This document shows, piece by piece, positions 58,887-64,000 of a stretch of 64,000 nt of DNA. The position numbers were made by a program, and so were the translations under genes. The stretch lies in the NCBI GenBank assembly GCA_964605355.1, contig CAZSCE010000001.1, positions 103-64,102 on the forward strand, written 5' to 3'. The notes below the pieces were generated by a model. The model had not been told where the DNA came from, did not search any database, and worked only from the letters and a program-made list of their open reading frames with translations. Every line of letters begins with the position of its first letter. The first letter of the stretch is position 1. This DNA comes from an uncultured Candidatus Saccharibacteria bacterium. GTDB taxonomy: Bacteria; Patescibacteriota; Minisyncoccia; Phycocordibacterales; GWA1-40-21.

Positions 58887-59882
58887 TCAATCTTTTGGCA
58901 GATAGGTGGAAATTATGCCCTTTACCTCTTGATATGACTCTGTGGCCATCAGTTTTACGCGTAATTCCTTGGCCCCGTCAAAACCGTTAACATAAGCCTT
59001 ATAATGCTTCTTTAGCACGGAGAAATTCTTCTCCTTACCTAATAATTTTTCAAATAATTTAGTATGTTCTAGCAAAGCTTTTAATTTTTCCTTGGTAGTA
59101 ATCACTTTTTTCTTTTTATTAAAAAACCACGGGTTACCAAAAGCTCCCCGCCCCACCATTATCCCGTCACAGCCGGTTTCCCGCGCCCGCGCTTCACCCT
59201 CAGCAATACTTTTTATATCACCGTTTCCAATCACCAGTATTTTTTTTCCACTCGCCCGCACCAGCTCTACCACTTTTTTTACTTGGCTCCAATCAGCGGG
59301 CGGGTCAGACATTTCTTTCATGGTCCGGGCATGAATAGTGAGTGCAGAAATATCTTCCTTTATTATTTCACTAATCCAGGACTCAAGTTCCGTTTTTTTA
59401 CTAAAGCCAATTCTGGTTTTAACAGAAATTGGCATATTTTTATTTCCCTTCTTGGCCAGTTTTGCCCCGGCAATAGCGGCCCGGATTATCTCCCGTGCTA
59501 GGTCTGGATTTTTTATCAAAGCGGAACCGGCGCCTTGTTTGACCACGCTTTTATCCGGGCAACCCATATTTATATCCAGTCCATCAAAGCCCAGTTCCGC
59601 CACCAAGGTACTGGCCCGCTTTATATTTTCCGGCTTAGCGCCAAATATCTGTGCCACTATTAGCCGTTCCTTATTTGAGAATTTAAAATGATGCAAGAGT
59701 TTCTTTTTTCCCACGGAGCACAGTCCATCTGCCGACACAAATTCCGTCCACAACACATCTGGTTTACCATATTTAGCAAACATCCCGCGGAAAGCCACAT
59801 CCGTCACATCCGCCATGGGTGCCAAGCAAAAAAACGGCCGCCCCTTTATTTTATTCCAAAAATTAGCTTTCATAATTGGCAC
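58887..59882 (-). CDS. tRNA-dihydrouridine synthase
   Basis: FFCLAPMADVTDVAFRGMFAKYGKPDVLWTEFVSADGL is the Dus N-terminus. A TIM-barrel FMN-binding core is present, with catalytic Cys in NMGCP. Confidence 0.9.
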   Translation of the reverse strand: MPIMKANFWNKIKGRPFFCLAPMADVTDVAFRGMFAKYGKPDVLWTEFVSADGLCSVGKKKLLHHFKFSNKERLIVAQIFGAKPENIKRASTLVAELGFDGLDINMGCPDKSVVKQGAGSALIKNPDLAREIIRAAIAGAKLAKKGNKNMPISVKTRIGFSKKTELESWISEIIKEDISALTIHARTMKEMSDPPADWSQVKKVVELVRASGKKILVIGNGDIKSIAEGEARARETGCDGIMVGRGAFGNPWFFNKKKKVITTKEKLKALLEHTKLFEKLLGKEKNFSVLKKHYKAYVNGFDGAKELRVKLMATESYQEVKGIISTYLPKD

Positions 59883-59886
59883 TATA

Positions 59887-60711
59887 CTATATTTGTTTCT
59901 TTCCTACCACTATTTTATTATCAAAGCGTAAATCAATATAATTTATGGTACCGGCGTTTTTAGCCAGATCCAGATCCCCGGTTTGGATGGCGGTAAATAA
60001 ATTACCAAAGGATTGATCTAAACTGTTCTTTAAATTAAAAATTAAAGTTGGCCCATTTTCCAAACCAAATTTAAAATCCCGCTCATCATAGGCCACCGTG
60101 GTGACTTTTATTCCCTTTTTATCCAAAACATCTATCAAGCTGAATATTTGAGTATAAAGTGTGGGTGTCAGGAAATATCCACCAATAGTACTCGTGGTAG
60201 TACCATAATCCCGAATAAACATATTACCGGAAAAAGTAGGTGCTAAATTATAAATGAGGCCGGTATTATCTACAAAATAGCAGTCAGCCTTTACCGCCGG
60301 ATCAGACCCACACCAAGCAGAATGCGCCTTGCGCTCCTCCACCTTTATGGATATCTGTTGCCAATTATCAAAATTAATATCCACACTTTTTATAGTCTTT
60401 AATTTAGTCAGTATATCCTGCTTGATTTTAAGACGCGGAAAGATCAAGGAATTACTCCGAGAAAATAAATACCAATACCGCCCGGCCATGTCCCGGTTAG
60501 CAATTTTTAAAATATCATCTGTGGCCACCGCGGCATTACCGGAAACTATAATAGTCTGAATTTTCACTTTCTCATGACTGGAGAAAATAGCCAAAGTAAA
60601 AATAATCACCGCCAGTAAAATAAAAATAATAGTCAGTCTAATGTAAAACAACCTTCGCCTTTTCAGCCGGACTTGTGACGGGCCTAAATTTAAATTTCTA
60701 GTAACTGACAT
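59887..60711 (-). CDS. ftsQ: FtsQ/DivIB-like cell division protein (POTRA domain)
   Basis: N-terminal TM helix, then IQTIIVSGNAAVATDDILKIAN... (POTRA) and ISIKVEERKAHSAW (the ExRxPxAxW-like box). Confidence 0.5.
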   Translation of the reverse strand: MSVTRNLNLGPSQVRLKRRRLFYIRLTIIFILLAVIIFTLAIFSSHEKVKIQTIIVSGNAAVATDDILKIANRDMAGRYWYLFSRSNSLIFPRLKIKQDILTKLKTIKSVDINFDNWQQISIKVEERKAHSAWCGSDPAVKADCYFVDNTGLIYNLAPTFSGNMFIRDYGTTTSTIGGYFLTPTLYTQIFSLIDVLDKKGIKVTTVAYDERDFKFGLENGPTLIFNLKNSLDQSFGNLFTAIQTGDLDLAKNAGTINYIDLRFDNKIVVGKKQI

Positions 60712-60720
60712 ATTTCTTTA

Positions 60721-60812
60721 GAGCTCTGGTATTGTTCTAATTTTTTGTCGCGTAGGACCCACCCGTACTCGGGAAGGGTGAAGCGCAAATAATTTGAATA
60801 ATACCAGAGCTC
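60721..60812. repeat. REP/MITE-like structured element, copy 3 of 3 (core 60748..60785) between serS and the ftsQ-like gene
   Basis: GTCGCGTAGGACCCACCCGTACTCGGGAAGGGTGAAGC with arms CTAATTTTTT / AAATAATTTGAATAAT and the outer 13-bp complementary pair GAGCTCTGGTATT / AATACCAGAGCTC. Confidence 0.75.
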
Positions 60813-60821
60813 TTAATAATA

Positions 60822-62087
60822 CTACTTCGTTATCACACTTTTCCCCATATATTTTTGTAGCACCTCCGGTATTTTAATAGACCCATCAGCTTGCTGGAAA
60901 TTTTCTACCAAGGAAACCAAGATACGCGGTGTAGGGATGGCGGTACAGTTCAACGAATGAGTATAGTGAGTTTTCCCTTCGGCATCACGATATTTAATAT
61001 TTGAACGGCGGGTTTGGAAATCATGAAAATAGGAAGCCGAGGAAATCTCCCGGTATTTATTTTCTTTTGGCACCCAGAGCTCGATGTCATATTTCTTTAC
61101 TTGTCCCAGGCCCAAATCCCCACCACAGTTCACCACCGTATGATAAGGGATGCCCAGTGACTCAATAAATTCTTGAGTGTTATGATTTACCTCCTCATGA
61201 TATTTTACGGACTCCTCGTGGCTGGCCTCACAAATGATCACTTGTTCTAATTTATAAAACTCATGAACACGGATAAGTCCCTTCACATCTTTAGTATGAC
61301 TACCCACTTCACGCCTATAACAAGGAGAAAAGCCTAAATACCTCTTTGGTAATTCCTTCTGATCCAAAATTTCACCGGAGTGATAAGCCATGAGCGGTAC
61401 TTCTGCAGTACCAGCTAAATAATCACCGTCCTGAGTTTTATACAAATCATCTTCACCTTGGGGTAAATATCCGGTACCAAGCAGGGCTTCTCTTCTATCT
61501 ATAATTGGTGGCAACACTGGGATAAAATTTCTATTGGAGAAAAATTCCATCGCATAATTCCAAATAGCCAGTGAAAGTCTGGCTCCGTCACCCATCAAGA
61601 AATAACCACGAAAGCCGTGTACTTTTATTCCACGTTCAAAATCCACCATTTTCAAACTAGTCATAAGCGCCACGTGATCCTTGGCTTCAAAATCAAATTT
61701 TGGTTTTTCACCCCAAACAAAAATTTCCTTGTTATCAGCATCAGTGTCACCCTCGGGCACAGTCATATCCGGAATATTTGGCACCTGGAGCATCAGGCCC
61801 TGCCACTGCTTCATAATTTCTTTTAATTCTTCCTCACCTTTCATCAAAGCATCCTTTACCACTTTCATCTCATCTATCAGTTGCTTCTTTTCTACCGGAT
61901 TTTGGATTTTAATTATTTCATCACTAAATTTATTTTGCTCCGCTTTCTTATTTTCAGTAAAAGTTAGTAATTCCTTTCTCTTGTCATCTATAGTAAGAAG
62001 GGCAGATACATCAAATGTAAGATGTTTCTTTTTGGCCCCCGCTTCAATCAAATCTTTATTTTCTCTAATGAATTTTATGTCTAACAT
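60822..62087 (-). CDS. serS: seryl-tRNA synthetase
   Basis: N-terminal coiled-coil tRNA-binding arm and a class II core (FRRE, GxGxxR-type motifs). 421 aa. Confidence 0.95.
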   Translation of the reverse strand: MLDIKFIRENKDLIEAGAKKKHLTFDVSALLTIDDKRKELLTFTENKKAEQNKFSDEIIKIQNPVEKKQLIDEMKVVKDALMKGEEELKEIMKQWQGLMLQVPNIPDMTVPEGDTDADNKEIFVWGEKPKFDFEAKDHVALMTSLKMVDFERGIKVHGFRGYFLMGDGARLSLAIWNYAMEFFSNRNFIPVLPPIIDRREALLGTGYLPQGEDDLYKTQDGDYLAGTAEVPLMAYHSGEILDQKELPKRYLGFSPCYRREVGSHTKDVKGLIRVHEFYKLEQVIICEASHEESVKYHEEVNHNTQEFIESLGIPYHTVVNCGGDLGLGQVKKYDIELWVPKENKYREISSASYFHDFQTRRSNIKYRDAEGKTHYTHSLNCTAIPTPRILVSLVENFQQADGSIKIPEVLQKYMGKSVITK

Positions 62088-62147
62088 ATGATTACTATTT
62101 AATAATTATTATACTTACATAATATAGGAAAAATAGGAAATAGACAA

Positions 62148-63065
62148 ATGCCATGTTACTATTGGCCCAGAATGAAAATATTACACGTAATGGATCAAGA
62201 CTTCCCTATTCGTGAACTAAAGAAAAAGGAATTTCCGCCTCAGTTATTACAAATTCCCCAAACCCCAGAGAAACTCTATATTAGAGGTGAACTCCCCGGG
62301 CCAGATACCAAATTACTTTGCGTGGTAGGTAGTAGACGTTATACAAACTATGGTAAGGAAGCTTGTGAAAAACTAATTGCCGGCCTCCGCGGTTATGATG
62401 TGGCTATTGTCTCCGGCCTAGCTATTGGTATTGATGGTATTGCGCATGAGGCCGCCATGAATACGGGATTAAGAACCATTACTGTGCCTGGCTCCGGCCT
62501 GGGCGTCAGCGCCATTCACCTAATTGCTCATGTGGGGCTAGCCAAAAGAATATTGGACTCTGGTGGCTGTATGTTATCTGAATACGAGGCTGATTTTAGA
62601 TCAACCCTTTGGAGTTTTCCGCAGAGAAATAGACTTATGGCGGGCTTATCTTGTGCGGTCATGGTTATTGAGGCGGAAATAAAATCCGGGACATTGATAA
62701 CTTCCAGAATGGCCACGGATTATAATAAAGATGTGCTCACCGTACCGGGAAATATTTTTTCTAAAACCTCTGAAGGCCCGCATATGCTAATCCGCCTTGG
62801 TGCCACCCCCATAACCAAACCAGAAGAACTGATAGAGGCGCTGGGTTTTAAAAATAAAAATGAAAAGCCTAGAAATTTGGAATTAGAGTATAATGAATGC
62901 AGTCCGGAAGAGAAAAAAGTAATTGCCTTTTTGCGCGCGCCCACAGAGAAAGATGAGCTCCTCCGCTCCCTCAATATGCCTGTAGGCCAAGCCAACGCCG
63001 TCCTCTCCGTCATGGAGCTGAAAGGCCTCATCAAAGAAACCCTCGGTGAAATCCATTTGACATAA
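62148..63065 (+). CDS. dprA: DNA processing protein DprA (Smf)
   Basis: PPQLLQIPQTPEKLYIRGELPG...LCVVGSRRYTNYG...VSGLAIGIDGIAHEAA is the Rossmann-like DprA domain. The true start may be the downstream Met at 62172. Confidence 0.85.
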   Translation: MPCYYWPRMKILHVMDQDFPIRELKKKEFPPQLLQIPQTPEKLYIRGELPGPDTKLLCVVGSRRYTNYGKEACEKLIAGLRGYDVAIVSGLAIGIDGIAHEAAMNTGLRTITVPGSGLGVSAIHLIAHVGLAKRILDSGGCMLSEYEADFRSTLWSFPQRNRLMAGLSCAVMVIEAEIKSGTLITSRMATDYNKDVLTVPGNIFSKTSEGPHMLIRLGATPITKPEELIEALGFKNKNEKPRNLELEYNECSPEEKKVIAFLRAPTEKDELLRSLNMPVGQANAVLSVMELKGLIKETLGEIHLT

Positions 63066-63116
63066 ATTTGACAAAATTTGGTGAAAATTATATTTTGTGC
63101 CATACTAGCAAAAGTT

Positions 63117-64000
63117 ATGAAATTATTAATTGTGGAGTCACCATCAAAAGCCAAAACCATTTCCAAATATTTGGATGGCAAATATGAAGTCCGCGCCAGC
63201 GTGGGGCATATTCGTGATTTACCAAAAAGTAATAAAAAGGCTATTGATATTCCCGGCGGCTTTATTCCCCATTATGAAATTTCCCCGGGTAAAGAAAAAG
63301 TGGTAGCCGAAATAAAATCCCTGGCTAAAAAAGCGGATGAAATATTATTAGCGACTGACCCAGACCGTGAAGGTGAAGCTATTGCCTGGCATATCAAAGA
63401 AGCCGTGGGCCTTAAGAATCCAAAAAGAATAGTTTTTTATGAAATTACCAAGGACGCGGTGCAGGAGGCCATGAAGCACCCGCGCGATATTGATGATAAC
63501 TTAAAGCAGGCCCAGGAAGCCCGCCGAGTTCTGGACCGCCTGGTGGGTTATGATTTATCCGGCCTTATTTGGAAAAAGGTGCGTTATGGGCTTTCTGCTG
63601 GCCGAGTCCAGTCCCCCGCCCTCCGTATTATTATGGAGCGAGAAAGAGAGATCCGCGCTTTTATCCCGGAAAGCTTTTGGGTAATTACCGCTGACACCCA
63701 AACCAAAGCAAAAGATAATTTACAATTAGTTTGTTCTGAGGAGCCACGAGATGAAAAAATAGTAAATAAAATATTAGAAGTTGGTAAGAAAAGTAAATGG
63801 ATAGTAAAGGATGTGACCGAGACCGAGGCCAAGCGTGTGGCCAAAGCGCCGTTCACCACTTCTACTCTACAGCAGGCCGCCAGCTCTAGGCTTGGTTTTG
63901 CCCCGTCTAGAACTATGGGTATTGCCCAGAAACTTTATGAAAGTGGTTATATTTCCTATATGCGTACGGACAGTGTAAACTTGAGTAAGGTGGCACTTGA
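63117..64000 (+). CDS. topA: DNA topoisomerase I (5' part; continues beyond the window end)
   Basis: MKLLIVESPSKAKTISKYLDGKYEVRASVGHIRDLPKS is the Toprim domain. It is absent from the ORF track only because no stop occurs before position 64000. Confidence 0.9.
   Translation, partial: MKLLIVESPSKAKTISKYLDGKYEVRASVGHIRDLPKSNKKAIDIPGGFIPHYEISPGKEKVVAEIKSLAKKADEILLATDPDREGEAIAWHIKEAVGLKNPKRIVFYEITKDAVQEAMKHPRDIDDNLKQAQEARRVLDRLVGYDLSGLIWKKVRYGLSAGRVQSPALRIIMEREREIRAFIPESFWVITADTQTKAKDNLQLVCSEEPRDEKIVNKILEVGKKSKWIVKDVTETEAKRVAKAPFTTSTLQQAASSRLGFAPSRTMGIAQKLYESGYISYMRTDSVNLSKVAL

Noticed and set aside
58407-58890. Assignment of the dnaX-upstream region to SRP RNA, tmRNA, RNase P RNA or 6S RNA
   Set aside because: By eye I could not find the SRP domain-IV GGAA/AGCAGC motif, the tmRNA tRNA-like ends or tag ORF, or the RNase P P4 sequences (AGGAAAGTCCGGGC). 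The region is reported as an unassigned candidate RNA locus and is not named.
8037-60785. Possibility that the three 37-nt conserved cores are CRISPR repeats or integron attC sites
   Set aside because: They are single, dispersed 13-40 kb apart and lack regular spacers, so they do not form an array. There are no cas genes or integrase in the window. They are embedded in their own inverted arms, which fits a REP/MITE-like element better.

Overview
This 64 kb window looks like a chromosomal segment of a low-G+C, gene-dense, small-genome bacterium. Several traits point to Candidate Phyla Radiation (Patescibacteria): short, minimal replisome proteins (359-aa DnaX, 240-aa delta-prime-like protein), a PriA homologue with a degenerate ATPase site, and many overlapping genes. 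At least five genes sit directly behind a TATACT -10 box with no Shine-Dalgarno sequence, which implies leaderless mRNAs. This taxonomic placement is an inference from gene content and style only.

About 70 protein genes can be supported. They are mostly housekeeping:
- DNA repair and replication: uvrA, uvrB, dnaB, recR, dnaX, priA-like, holB-like, dprA, the start of topA, and lexA behind a textbook SOS operator-promoter.
- Cell envelope and division: a mreB-mreC-(mreD?) operon plus a second mreB paralog, a mraZ-rsmH-ftsL-ftsI-murF block, a second PBP2, murA, a VanY-like peptidase, an FtsQ-like protein, two tandem M14 peptidases, a PAP2 phosphatase and a CAP-domain secreted protein.
- Translation: proS, lysS, serS, frr, def, fmt, rplU, hpf, tgt, dus.
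- Metabolism: pyrG, panD next to a GNAT, cdd, a LOG-family protein, a 6-phosphogluconolactonase-like protein, zupT.
- Two tRNAs: Glu-CTC on the plus strand and Gln-TTG on the minus strand.

The observations most worth a second look are:
- A three-copy, roughly 75-90 nt REP/MITE-like hairpin element with a conserved 37-nt G+C-rich core, always about 50 nt upstream of minus-strand gene starts.
- A separate roughly 206 bp MITE-like element with 24-bp perfect terminal inverted repeats.
- A roughly 3.5 kb high-G+C island bounded by terminators that carries a fused LeuC/LeuD-type dehydratase and an isopropylmalate/isocitrate-dehydrogenase-family gene.
- A leaderless two-gene cassette of a small DUF5678-like protein and a retropepsin-like aspartic protease.
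- A membrane-anchored Clp-like AAA+ protein with a dead first ATPase domain.
- rmuC flanked by roughly 54 bp inverted repeats.
- A roughly 480 bp intergenic region upstream of dnaX with a consensus promoter, two intrinsic terminators, a 16S-3'-end-identical 16-mer and a DnaA box, which are candidate small RNAs.
- MraZ-type GTGGG direct repeats upstream of mraZ.
- A GIY-YIG protein, tRNA-Gln and an HTH/LAGLIDADG-like endonuclease cluster in which the endonuclease gene overlaps the tRNA.

No CRISPR array and no rRNA genes were seen.
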